This document shows positions 10,172 through 19,352 of a DNA stretch of 64,000 nt, piece by piece. The DNA lies in contig JAPDJO010000028.1 of assembly GCA_029259115.1 (NCBI GenBank), positions 18,593 through 82,592 of the forward strand, given 5' to 3'. Positions within the stretch are counted from its first letter, which is position 1; every line of letters begins with the position of its first letter. Below the pieces are notes generated by a model, which had not been told where the DNA came from, did not search any database, and was given only the letters and a program-made list of their open reading frames with translations. The translations under genes and the position numbers were made by a program. Source of the stretch: Thermoplasmatota archaeon. Its GTDB lineage: Archaea > Thermoplasmatota > E2 > DHVEG-1 > B18-G2.

Positions 10172-10735
10172 ATGGTAATGAAAGGAAAAGTAACTTGTCC
10201 AAAATGCTCGTTTGTCTTCATAGTGGAGAGTGAAGAGGAGAAAGATAAAAGTGTGGAGTGTCCAAAATGTGGACATAAGTTTATAGCGAGGATAGGAAAG
10301 ACAAAAAATAAAGATGTGAGATGGATAGAGTATGGCGGTACAAGAAAAGCTATACTCCCCATCCCCGAGAATCTGTCCAACCGTCCTTTTGTCGCTGGAA
10401 TTCTTTTGGCTCTTGTATCGATACTCGGTGTCGCAACCGTTGCCATGTTTTACATATATCCTGATGTAGAGGTTTTGACACCGTACAGCCTGGTGCTCGG
10501 AGGTAACGAAACTTACCTTACCATTATAATCCTAGTATTTTCGATACTTTCAGCTGTAGGATCCTACAACTCTATTAGAAAGAAGTCCTTAACGATCGCG
10601 CTTGCCGGCAGCGTATTTGGTGTGTTGTCTTTTGGTTTCCTGATAATCGGACCTATACTCTCTCTGGTTTCCTTAATTCTTCTCATTATGTCAAAGGATG
10701 ATTTCGAGAAGAGTCTGCATGGAAAGGAGTTTTGA
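10172..10735 (+). CDS. zinc-ribbon membrane protein
   Basis: CPKC..CPKCG zinc ribbon followed by 3-4 TM helices. Confidence 0.75.
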   Translation: MVMKGKVTCPKCSFVFIVESEEEKDKSVECPKCGHKFIARIGKTKNKDVRWIEYGGTRKAILPIPENLSNRPFVAGILLALVSILGVATVAMFYIYPDVEVLTPYSLVLGGNETYLTIIILVFSILSAVGSYNSIRKKSLTIALAGSVFGVLSFGFLIIGPILSLVSLILLIMSKDDFEKSLHGKEF

Positions 10736-12237
10736 GAGAGATGGAAGAACTATCCATTAATGAGAAAAAGGTCCTCCTTGCGCTTGCTAGGATCAGAAGA
10801 AAAGCAACTCCAAAGAAGATACTTGAAAATACTGATCTAGCAAATGAAGACGAGGTAGCAAATGCTCTATCTTGGCTGAGATTTAAGAACTTGGTTAAGA
10901 TAAATGAAAAAGTGAAAAAACTTTACTCATTAGGTGAAGAGGGTAAGAAGCTCGCTGAGAATGGGTTGCCAGAGAGAAGGGTTTTGAATTTACTCGTAAA
11001 GAAGGGACAAGCATCTCTCAAGGATTTAAAAGAGGTTTTAGATGATTACGAAGTACCGATAGCTATCGGTTGGCTAAAGAAGAGGGGGTGGGCAGAGATA
11101 GAAAAGAAAGGGAAGGACATTATTTTAAGATTGACAGAAAAGGGGAGGTTAGATAAGGATAAAAAATTGATAGAGGAAGAGATTCTCTCGATCTTGAAAG
11201 ATAGAAGCTGGACCGAGATCGAAGAAGAAAAGATCAGGGTATTGAAATCAAGGAGAGGTGTAGTGGAGGAAAAAGAAGTAACCATCATAGAAGCTGAACT
11301 CTCGGAAAAAGGTAAGGAGTTGGCAGATAAGGGTATAAAGATAGAAGAAGAGATAACCCAGCTTACTTCTGATGTAATAAAAAGGAGGGTTTGGAAGGAG
11401 AAAAAACTGAGACCCTACGATATAAATATCTTTGTATCGCCAACATATGGAGGAAAACCCCATCCAATATCTTTGCTAAAAGAGGAAGTAAGAGAGATTT
11501 TTCTAGAAATGGGATTCGAAGAGATTGAAGGAGATTATGTCGAATCTTCCTTCTGGAACATGGATGTTTTGTTTATACCTCAAGATCATCCAGCCAGAGA
11601 TATGCAGGATACTCTTTATTGTAAAGACTTGGTAGCTAAGGATATAGACAAGAAAATACTAAAGATGATAAAGGAAATCCATGAAAACGGCTGGAAAACT
11701 GGTTCAAAAGGTTGGAGGATTCCTTTCTCGGAGGAAGAAGCAAGGAAAGTCCTACTAAGAACACATACAACGGTTAATACCATAAGATATCTATACAAAA
11801 ATCCTAATCCTCCAGCGAAAGTATTCTCGATAGGAAGAGTGTTCAGAAGAGAAAACTTAGATTCAACCCATCTACCGGAATTTTATCAAATAGAAGGAAT
11901 AGTTCATGAAAAGAATGCAAATTTCAGACAACTCATAGGGGTTCTAAGGGAGTTCTACAGGAGGATGGGATTTAAAAAGATAAGATTCAGGCCTGCATAT
12001 TTTCCATACACCGAGCCAAGCATGGAGGTAGAAGTTTTCTGGAATGGAAGGTGGATGGAGCTTGGAGGAAGTGGAATATTCAGACCTGAAGTTACTCTTC
12101 CAGCTGGAGTTAAAAATCCTGTTTTGGCCTGGGGACTTGGATTAGAGAGATTAGCTATGCTAAGATATGGTTTAGATGATATAAGGCAACTCTACATTAG
12201 TGATCTGGATTGGTTAAGAAAGATTCTTCTTTTGTAA
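10732..12237 (+). CDS. pheS: phenylalanyl-tRNA synthetase alpha subunit
   Basis: PQDHPARDMQDT, LRTHTT, FRRE..D.THLPEFYQIEG, YFPYTEPS, AWGLGLERL. Confidence 0.97.
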   Translation: MREMEELSINEKKVLLALARIRRKATPKKILENTDLANEDEVANALSWLRFKNLVKINEKVKKLYSLGEEGKKLAENGLPERRVLNLLVKKGQASLKDLKEVLDDYEVPIAIGWLKKRGWAEIEKKGKDIILRLTEKGRLDKDKKLIEEEILSILKDRSWTEIEEEKIRVLKSRRGVVEEKEVTIIEAELSEKGKELADKGIKIEEEITQLTSDVIKRRVWKEKKLRPYDINIFVSPTYGGKPHPISLLKEEVREIFLEMGFEEIEGDYVESSFWNMDVLFIPQDHPARDMQDTLYCKDLVAKDIDKKILKMIKEIHENGWKTGSKGWRIPFSEEEARKVLLRTHTTVNTIRYLYKNPNPPAKVFSIGRVFRRENLDSTHLPEFYQIEGIVHEKNANFRQLIGVLREFYRRMGFKKIRFRPAYFPYTEPSMEVEVFWNGRWMELGGSGIFRPEVTLPAGVKNPVLAWGLGLERLAMLRYGLDDIRQLYISDLDWLRKILLL

Positions 12238-15200
12238 TGAGTTGGATACCAGATATAAGATCTTCGAACACAAAGCTAGAAGTAGAAACAGAAATCCTTT
12301 ACCTAGGAACCAAGTAGAAGTTATATACACCTCTCCAATATCTGGAAATTCATAAACGAGTTCTTTGCAACCCCATATACCTCCAACTGATGCAGACAAT
12401 ATGACAGATAATAAAAGATACAGAAGTGACATAACTATCACACTAAGAAATATGGACAGGATTATGGAAATTTTTCCTTTCCTCTTATCTCCCCAAACCA
12501 TATGAGATAGTATCATCAAAACATCCAGGATTATAATGAAGATAGCTATCCCAAATATGTCTCCAACCACACTTGGTAGAGCTGTTGCTTCGCCCCAAGA
12601 TAGATCTTGATAACTCTTAAACGTAAACACTTTGGATGAAAATAGGTGAAGTTTAGAATACACTTGATATCCATCTTTCTCCCCAAAGAGTTCCCATACT
12701 GGTAGAGATGTAGAGATAATTATCAGAAACAAAGATAGTGAAAGAAAAACGCTTTCTGGCTTTCTTTTTGCAAAAAGCAATATTGTGATCAGGAATAGGA
12801 TGAAAGCTGTAACAAGAACATAAATTTCTACAGGATTCTCATCAACATAGACTATCATTTGAAGATTTTCGCGAATATTTACTATACTGCTAGCTATCAA
12901 TCTATCACCTTCAAAAATATCTATTCTATATTTACCAGGTGGAATTTGTAAAACTTTGATGTTTTCTGACTTTAGAATCTCTCTGCCTTCTCTATGCATC
13001 TCTACAGCAATATCTTTTCTAACATTATCCAAGAGGTCTTTTACCTGCACATCGATGGTATAGCTAACAGGTATTTCTATGGTTATCTTTTTATTTCCAT
13101 CTAGATGGATTGGTTTCTCGTACTCGAAAGATTTGTAGAGCAATCTAAGCGTATAATTACCCTCTGGAATTCTAGTGAAAATATAGTTGCCATCAATAAA
13201 GTCAGCTTTAACTCTATTTAGATCCACATGTAGATCATCCTCAAAAGGGAGACCAAAGCTATCTATAATTCTGACATCAAGATTATAAAGACGGATCTTT
13301 TTATCTCTACGAAGAGAAAGCATGGGTAGAAAATCTTTAGTTTTGATTTCATCAGAGAAAATCTTCAGATTTTTGTAGAATGCCTCGACTCTATAGTCTG
13401 AAAGGGGTAGCCTTATCTTGATCTCTCCATCATTATCACTGATATAACTCCCCACAACTTCTCCATCTTTTATAACATTTAGATTGATGCCCTTTATTGG
13501 ATTACTGTATTGATCTTTCAGATTGTATTTCAGCCTTACTTCTGGCTTACAGGCAATTACACAAGTTTTGTCTTTTTTCAAATTCACGACCTTCAATCCC
13601 ACAAATTTCTTGATCCTTCCGAATCTGAAATATACTTTCACAACGTACTTTCCTTCCTCGAGTTTTGGAAATTTCACCTTTTGAAGGATAGAGACATTCT
13701 TGGCATCAAGATACAAATATTTTCCAATATCTTTGAGATACTCGGGTATTTCTTTGAGCTTTATCAGAGTGTATCTCTTAAGAAGAGCAGAAGAAACAAG
13801 GTGTTCATCCTTATACAGCTCAACAGTAACAATAGGCATGGGAAATCTTGACACAGCAGCAATTAAAGGGTATGATAAACCTTGAAGTGTAGGGATAATG
13901 GTAAGATTGTATACTTTTCTCTCTATCTTCTCACTATAATTCCAGTCTCCTCCTTTATAAGTTGATGAAAATACTCGCGCAAATCTGTCTGCTTCATTTT
14001 TTATCTTAAGATATCCATCTTTGGTGTAATAAAATTCCGAAACAAAACTTGTCTCCAGATTCGAAGGCAATTCCAATATCTCTTTCTCTCCCTTTTCGTA
14101 AGAATTCCTACCGACAGATATTCCTGTGCCTTGTATCAAAAGACCAGGCATATCTATCCATTTTGATAAACCAGCAGTTACCTGCAAACCCTCCCTTCCT
14201 TTTGAAAAAAGACTCGTGTTTGTAAATATCAGAGCAAATGTGTCCCCTCTACTACCAAAATCCATAGAGATCCAAGGTTTTTTACCCAGATCCTCATCGT
14301 CTTCTGGCAAAATTATCCATCTGCGCCTAGCTCCACCGATATCTCGTGGGAATTTGTATTCCTTGATAATATTTTCTTCACTAAAGAAATGTATGTATGG
14401 AATAAACAAACCCGTATTGAGTTCCTCTATGTTTGTGCTCCTGATTATAGAAGTAATCATTGTAACAATATTTCCTCCCTGAGCACCAGTTCCTGTAGAG
14501 ACTCTTTTTTCTTTTATTTTCTGATATGAAAAGACTACTATTCTCTTATCGCTTGTTGGGGAATAATAATAGGTGTAAACATTTCTTGTTAGTAAGTTTC
14601 CATCAAAAGATTCGGTTTCTATCCCGAATCTAACCATAAGATTGCCATCCACGAGTATCTTCTTGCTTCGAAACCTTTCCATTGATCCCACAGATCCGGC
14701 TGACTTTGTTTTATCAAGATACATCAATGCATAGGTTGTGGCAACTAACCAGTTATTAAGTGATACGTCTCTTGATTTCTCTTTTAGTTTAACTATTCTC
14801 TGGGCGAATCTTAATCCAGTAACAGAACCGTCGTAACATACTAGAAAAGGAGTATACCCGTCTTCTTCTATCAAATAATATCTAACATCAGCCTCATAGC
14901 CTCTTATTGGCTCATAGTAAAATCTGCCTTCCCTCAAAGATACATGATCCTTATACTCGGGCGCAGGAGTGGGTTTATCACTATAAGCCACAAAATATCT
15001 TTCTCTACCATCAGCAAAATCTGGGATCAGAAAAACGAGGTTGCATGACTTAATATGACTGTCATCTATGAATTCTAGATTGTATATTTGAGATTCTATC
15101 TCCCTATATTCTCCATTATGATAAACAAAGACTCTCGCCGATCTGTTTGTCTCATCTTTTGCCCAGCATGGATGACTGAATTCTATTCTAATGTCAATCG

Positions 15201-15348
15201 GATAATATCTAGAACTAGGATCTGTTGTATCGATGGGAACATTTATCTCTTCACGGTATCGAAAGTTAATATCTTCTTCATGTGAGGAGGTGGAACTTAA
15301 CAATGAAAATAAGATTATTAGTAGCATGGTAAGCCATTCAAGCTTCAT
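12214..15348 (-). CDS. large exported/membrane-anchored protein (DUF2341-like N-terminus, beta-sandwich repeats, C-terminal TM bundle)
   Basis: Signal peptide, repeated carboxypeptidase-regulatory-like strands (GNYTLRL, PGKYRIDI), several C-terminal TM helices. Confidence 0.7.
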   Translation of the reverse strand: MKLEWLTMLLIILFSLLSSTSSHEEDINFRYREEINVPIDTTDPSSRYYPIDIRIEFSHPCWAKDETNRSARVFVYHNGEYREIESQIYNLEFIDDSHIKSCNLVFLIPDFADGRERYFVAYSDKPTPAPEYKDHVSLREGRFYYEPIRGYEADVRYYLIEEDGYTPFLVCYDGSVTGLRFAQRIVKLKEKSRDVSLNNWLVATTYALMYLDKTKSAGSVGSMERFRSKKILVDGNLMVRFGIETESFDGNLLTRNVYTYYYSPTSDKRIVVFSYQKIKEKRVSTGTGAQGGNIVTMITSIIRSTNIEELNTGLFIPYIHFFSEENIIKEYKFPRDIGGARRRWIILPEDDEDLGKKPWISMDFGSRGDTFALIFTNTSLFSKGREGLQVTAGLSKWIDMPGLLIQGTGISVGRNSYEKGEKEILELPSNLETSFVSEFYYTKDGYLKIKNEADRFARVFSSTYKGGDWNYSEKIERKVYNLTIIPTLQGLSYPLIAAVSRFPMPIVTVELYKDEHLVSSALLKRYTLIKLKEIPEYLKDIGKYLYLDAKNVSILQKVKFPKLEEGKYVVKVYFRFGRIKKFVGLKVVNLKKDKTCVIACKPEVRLKYNLKDQYSNPIKGINLNVIKDGEVVGSYISDNDGEIKIRLPLSDYRVEAFYKNLKIFSDEIKTKDFLPMLSLRRDKKIRLYNLDVRIIDSFGLPFEDDLHVDLNRVKADFIDGNYIFTRIPEGNYTLRLLYKSFEYEKPIHLDGNKKITIEIPVSYTIDVQVKDLLDNVRKDIAVEMHREGREILKSENIKVLQIPPGKYRIDIFEGDRLIASSIVNIRENLQMIVYVDENPVEIYVLVTAFILFLITILLFAKRKPESVFLSLSLFLIIISTSLPVWELFGEKDGYQVYSKLHLFSSKVFTFKSYQDLSWGEATALPSVVGDIFGIAIFIIILDVLMILSHMVWGDKRKGKISIILSIFLSVIVMSLLYLLLSVILSASVGGIWGCKELVYEFPDIGEVYITSTWFLGKGFLFLLLALCSKILYLVSNSLQKKNLS

Positions 15349-15398
15349 CTGAAAAAGTGATTTAATTTAGAATTTTATATAATTATCGAATCAAATTT

Positions 15399-16892
15399 TT
15401 AGATGGTGAATTTTCTCTGTAGAAATTTGTTTTCAAGATATCTAACAAATATCTGTGGATTTAAACCCTCTCCGCAACACATCTTCATTATATCTTCAGA
15501 CGTATACATTCTTCCGTATCTGTGAATATTTCTCACGAGCCAATCTTTTATTTCGTTAAAATCTCCATGCTCCACCTTGCTATCCATATCTTCGATGTCC
15601 CTTCTTAGAGCATACAACTGTTGAGCAGAATAGATGTTACCAATGGTATAGCTGGGGAAATAGCCAAAATCTCCCGTACTCCAATGCATATCTTGGAGGA
15701 TCCCTTCTCTATCAGATTTGGGCCTAATTCCAATAATCTCCTCCATCTTCTCGTTCCAGATCTCTGGTAGATCCTTTGCCTCTATCCTATTTTCTATAAG
15801 CTCTGTTTCTATCTCAAACCTCAAAACTATATGTAAATTGTAGCTAACCTCATCGGCTTCTGTTCTGATCAAGGATCTTCTGATTGTGTTAACATATCTA
15901 TAAATATCTTCTATATCTGCTTCAAATCTCGGCTCGACCTTCTTCAAAATTGGATAGAAAAATCTCCAAAAGCTGTAACTCCTTCCTATAATGTTCTCCC
16001 AGAATCTCGACTGCGATTCGTGCAAGCCCAAGGAGGGAGCATCTGATATTACAGTATATCTAAATTTACCTTTTGGCAGATTCAACTCGTAAATCGCATG
16101 TCCTGCCTCATGCATAGTAGAGAATAAGGATGACAGAGGATTTTCTTTTAGATATCTTGTCGTTATCCTAACATCAAAGGTTGATAACCTTGTCGTAAAC
16201 GGGTGTTCGGATAGATCGATCCTGAATCTATCTTTCTTTAAACCTAGGTATCTAAGAATTATATGTGATAACCTTTCTTGAGATCTAACGCTTAGTTTGA
16301 TGTTTATTCTTTCTTCACTTTCAAGCTTATCTAGAAGTTTGGATAGTTTCTCTCTAAGATATTCAAAAGCTGGCTTCAGCTTTTCATATCTCATACCCTC
16401 CTCATAGTCGTCCAGAAGATTGTTATAGATATGTCCCTCCAAATTTATATAGCTGCAATACTCTCTCTTCAATTCTACTATCTCCTTCAGATGAGGAAGA
16501 AATATATCGAATTTTGATCTCTTCTTTGCAATCTCCCAAGCAGAATAAGATAGTGCTTCTGCCTTGCTTAGTCTCTCTATAAAATCTGCAGGAATTTTTC
16601 TTGCTTTTTCAACGTCTTTCTTTAGCCTCTCCACGACAATCCTGTCTTCCTCTGATAATCTCTCAATGTTTCTCTCGTTCGTCAAAAATTCTATGTTTCT
16701 CCAAAAATCGTCAGAAATCAGTATCTCATGCAGTCTTTTCGAGAGAAGGGATATCTGGAGAGATCTATCAGCTAGTGCTCTTTTGGGCATGTATGTCTTT
16801 TGGTCCCAATCTAAAAGAGAAACTACTCCACCTAAAAGGAAGATTTCTCTTTGCTTATTATATACAAACCTTAATGCATCTCTTACCTTCAG
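15399..16892 (-). CDS. M32 carboxypeptidase (Taq-type), probable CTG start at 16892
   Basis: HPF, DVRITTRY, HEAGHAIYE, HESQSRFWEN, IRTEADEV.YNLH, GYFPSY; in-frame LLDWDQKTYMP extends upstream of the ATG at 16790. Confidence 0.9.
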   Translation of the reverse strand: MKVRDALRFVYNKQREIFLLGGVVSLLDWDQKTYMPKRALADRSLQISLLSKRLHEILISDDFWRNIEFLTNERNIERLSEEDRIVVERLKKDVEKARKIPADFIERLSKAEALSYSAWEIAKKRSKFDIFLPHLKEIVELKREYCSYINLEGHIYNNLLDDYEEGMRYEKLKPAFEYLREKLSKLLDKLESEERINIKLSVRSQERLSHIILRYLGLKKDRFRIDLSEHPFTTRLSTFDVRITTRYLKENPLSSLFSTMHEAGHAIYELNLPKGKFRYTVISDAPSLGLHESQSRFWENIIGRSYSFWRFFYPILKKVEPRFEADIEDIYRYVNTIRRSLIRTEADEVSYNLHIVLRFEIETELIENRIEAKDLPEIWNEKMEEIIGIRPKSDREGILQDMHWSTGDFGYFPSYTIGNIYSAQQLYALRRDIEDMDSKVEHGDFNEIKDWLVRNIHRYGRMYTSEDIMKMCCGEGLNPQIFVRYLENKFLQRKFTI

Positions 16893-17326
16893 ATCATCCC
16901 CTCCAATATCTTTATCATCTTTTCAGATATCTTGTCCAACTTATTTCTGATTTCTTGAGATAAATCTAAACCATAAGACATATCCTTCGGTTGTATCCCT
17001 ACAATAACAACCTCTCTAGGTTTATCATAAAGTATCTTAGATAACTCTACCAACTTTTTGATATCAAAAGAATGTGTCGAAAACAGCTTTTCTCCATCTA
17101 CATCCTCTAGATCGAAAATCTTTAAATCGCCAGGCGCACCCCCAAAATCTATCGCATCTAGCAAGATTATTCTGTCATATCTAGACAGAACATCTATAAG
17201 CTTTAAAGCCCCTGTCCCACCGTCTATAATCTCTATCCTTTTCCCCAGTTTTTTTCTCAAAACAATCCCTACAGCATCATCCTTCCTCAGTGCGTTTCCA
17301 AGGGCTATCACGGCTATCTTTTCCAT
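16889..17326 (-). CDS. hydrogenase maturation protease
   Basis: GN.LRKDDAVG, IDGGTG, LDAID, STH, GIQP. Confidence 0.9.
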   Translation of the reverse strand: MEKIAVIALGNALRKDDAVGIVLRKKLGKRIEIIDGGTGALKLIDVLSRYDRIILLDAIDFGGAPGDLKIFDLEDVDGEKLFSTHSFDIKKLVELSKILYDKPREVVIVGIQPKDMSYGLDLSQEIRNKLDKISEKMIKILEGMI

Positions 17327-18612
17327 TTCACCCTCACTCTCAAACTATGAGTTGAACATGATATGCATGGATCGTAGGCTCTTACAAGCATCTCAAGCAT
17401 GCGCTCTATCTCTTCTTTAGACCTATCCATTATCTCTGGAACAAACTTTTCCATATCCTTTTGTATGTTTACATGATTTTGATTGGTTGGTATGACAAGA
17501 TTTGCTCTTCTGCATCTTCCTCTACCATCGATCTCATAATCATGTATGAGTAAACCTCTAGGAACTTCAACCATACCTATGCCTCTGCCCTCCTTGGGTT
17601 TTATTTTGGGTATTTTTTCCTCTTTCAATCCATTGTCCAAGAGTCTATTGATTATGTCTATAGACTTTTCCATGTTGTGAGCTATCTCTACGATCTGAGC
17701 TATACTGTTCATGAAAGGATTATAGCATGGAGCCTTTAAATCAAATATAGATGATATTTTCTTAGCAAAGTCTGAGAGATTTCTGCTATTAATGTTGAAT
17801 CTAGCCAATGCACCTACCATGTACGAATCTCTAACATGCTTGGAATGTTTTGCCGTAGATACATCCACAACATACTCTTTGAGGAACTCTCTGTAATCTC
17901 CTTTCAGATAGCCAATATCACTTGATTTTGGAATCCCATCATAAAATGGGTAAATTCCTTCCTTGGATAAAGCTATGTACTCTGTTTCTCTCAAAAAGTC
18001 TGGAAAATTGTTTATTCTTTTCTCCATCTCATAAGAAAATTCCTCTAACAGTCTCTTCCCATTTTTTATTTCATTTTTTATCCTCTCAAGTTCTCTCAAG
18101 CTTGGATAGGAGTAAAATCCACCAACAGCTAGAGATACGGGATGGGTTGTCCTACCTGCAACGAGATCTGATAATCTATTTGCAAGTTTATGTAATTCTA
18201 GCACTTTCTTTACCAAGTTCTTATCTTCTTTCGCAACCTCGATAATGTCCCTCTTTCCAAAAAGGTCAGGAAGAACTAGAAAGCCTACATGCAATGAATG
18301 GCTCTGCATATTCTCTGCATGGAGAGCAAGCTTTCTCAACTCTACAGTTTGATCTGATACTTCTATAGATAAAGCAGATTCCACGGCTTTTATCGAAGCG
18401 AGAGTATGACCTATCGAGCATATACCGCATATCCTCGAAGTTATGAAAGGAAGATACTCGTAGCTCTGGTCTTTAACAATCGCCTCAAAGAATCTCGGCG
18501 CCTCCGGGATCTGCCACTCTATCTTCTCTATTTCGTTATCTCTGATCTCTACAAGTATATTTCCATGTCCCTCTACTCTGGTAACGTAGTGAACATCTAT
18601 TCTCTTCTCCAT
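17314..18612 (-). CDS. hydA: group 3b NiFe hydrogenase large (alpha) subunit
   Basis: TRVEGHG, RICGICS (L1), EVPRG, DPCISCSTH (L2) plus cleavable C-terminal tail. Confidence 0.95.
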   Translation of the reverse strand: MEKRIDVHYVTRVEGHGNILVEIRDNEIEKIEWQIPEAPRFFEAIVKDQSYEYLPFITSRICGICSIGHTLASIKAVESALSIEVSDQTVELRKLALHAENMQSHSLHVGFLVLPDLFGKRDIIEVAKEDKNLVKKVLELHKLANRLSDLVAGRTTHPVSLAVGGFYSYPSLRELERIKNEIKNGKRLLEEFSYEMEKRINNFPDFLRETEYIALSKEGIYPFYDGIPKSSDIGYLKGDYREFLKEYVVDVSTAKHSKHVRDSYMVGALARFNINSRNLSDFAKKISSIFDLKAPCYNPFMNSIAQIVEIAHNMEKSIDIINRLLDNGLKEEKIPKIKPKEGRGIGMVEVPRGLLIHDYEIDGRGRCRRANLVIPTNQNHVNIQKDMEKFVPEIMDRSKEEIERMLEMLVRAYDPCISCSTHSLRVRVKWKR

Positions 18613-19352
18613 ACTCTATCACCAAAGTTGAACATGTTCCATTTATCTGCTAGATCCTCATAACTCAGGTTATACCTATCGAATATCTCTCTTATATATT
18701 CAGTTGATGGTTTTTCCAATATACCTCTGCACCCTAAACAAGGCGAACCTTTGGAAGGACATATCGCATCGCAACCAGCCAGAGTTATGGGGCCAAGGCA
18801 GAACTTTCCCTCTTCAAATAAGCATGGATTGCCTTTCTTCTTACATTCTACGCATACTGGGTAATTTGGTAACTCGAATTTTTTGCCTAGTGCAATTGAT
18901 GTTACAAATCTCTTGAATTCCTCTCTGTCTATCGGACAACCAGGAATATAGTAATCTACTTTGACTACCTCATCTACAGCTTTAGCTTTCTCGGAATTGA
19001 AGAAAGGGTTATCTTTGAGATTTTTATCCCCATATATAGATTTCAGAAGTATGTCTCTTTCAAATCTATTTCTAAGCTTGTTTACACCACCAAGACAAGC
19101 GCAACTTCCAAAAGCTACTAAGATTTTTGCATTTTTCCTTATCTCTTTGAGTCTCTCCTCATCCATCGGTCTATTGATCGAACCCTCTACAAACGCTATA
19201 TCGTAGTTATCCAAGCGTATATCCGATATTTCTCTGAATGAGACAATATCGACTATCTCTATTAGATCTAGAATCTCTTCTTCCAGATTTGCTACCTGAA
19301 GTTGACAACCTTCGCAACTTGCAAAATCGAAAAATGCTACCTTTACCTTCAT
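18597..19352 (-). CDS. hydD: NiFe hydrogenase small (delta) subunit
   Basis: SCEGCQ, GSCA..GG, IPGCP, C-terminal Fe-S cysteines. Confidence 0.93.
   Translation of the reverse strand: MKVKVAFFDFASCEGCQLQVANLEEEILDLIEIVDIVSFREISDIRLDNYDIAFVEGSINRPMDEERLKEIRKNAKILVAFGSCACLGGVNKLRNRFERDILLKSIYGDKNLKDNPFFNSEKAKAVDEVVKVDYYIPGCPIDREEFKRFVTSIALGKKFELPNYPVCVECKKKGNPCLFEEGKFCLGPITLAGCDAICPSKGSPCLGCRGILEKPSTEYIREIFDRYNLSYEDLADKWNMFNFGDRVWRRE

Noticed and set aside
17340-17380. Selenocysteine in the hydrogenase L2 motif
   Set aside because: The motif is DPCISCSTH with ordinary Cys codons; no in-frame TGA
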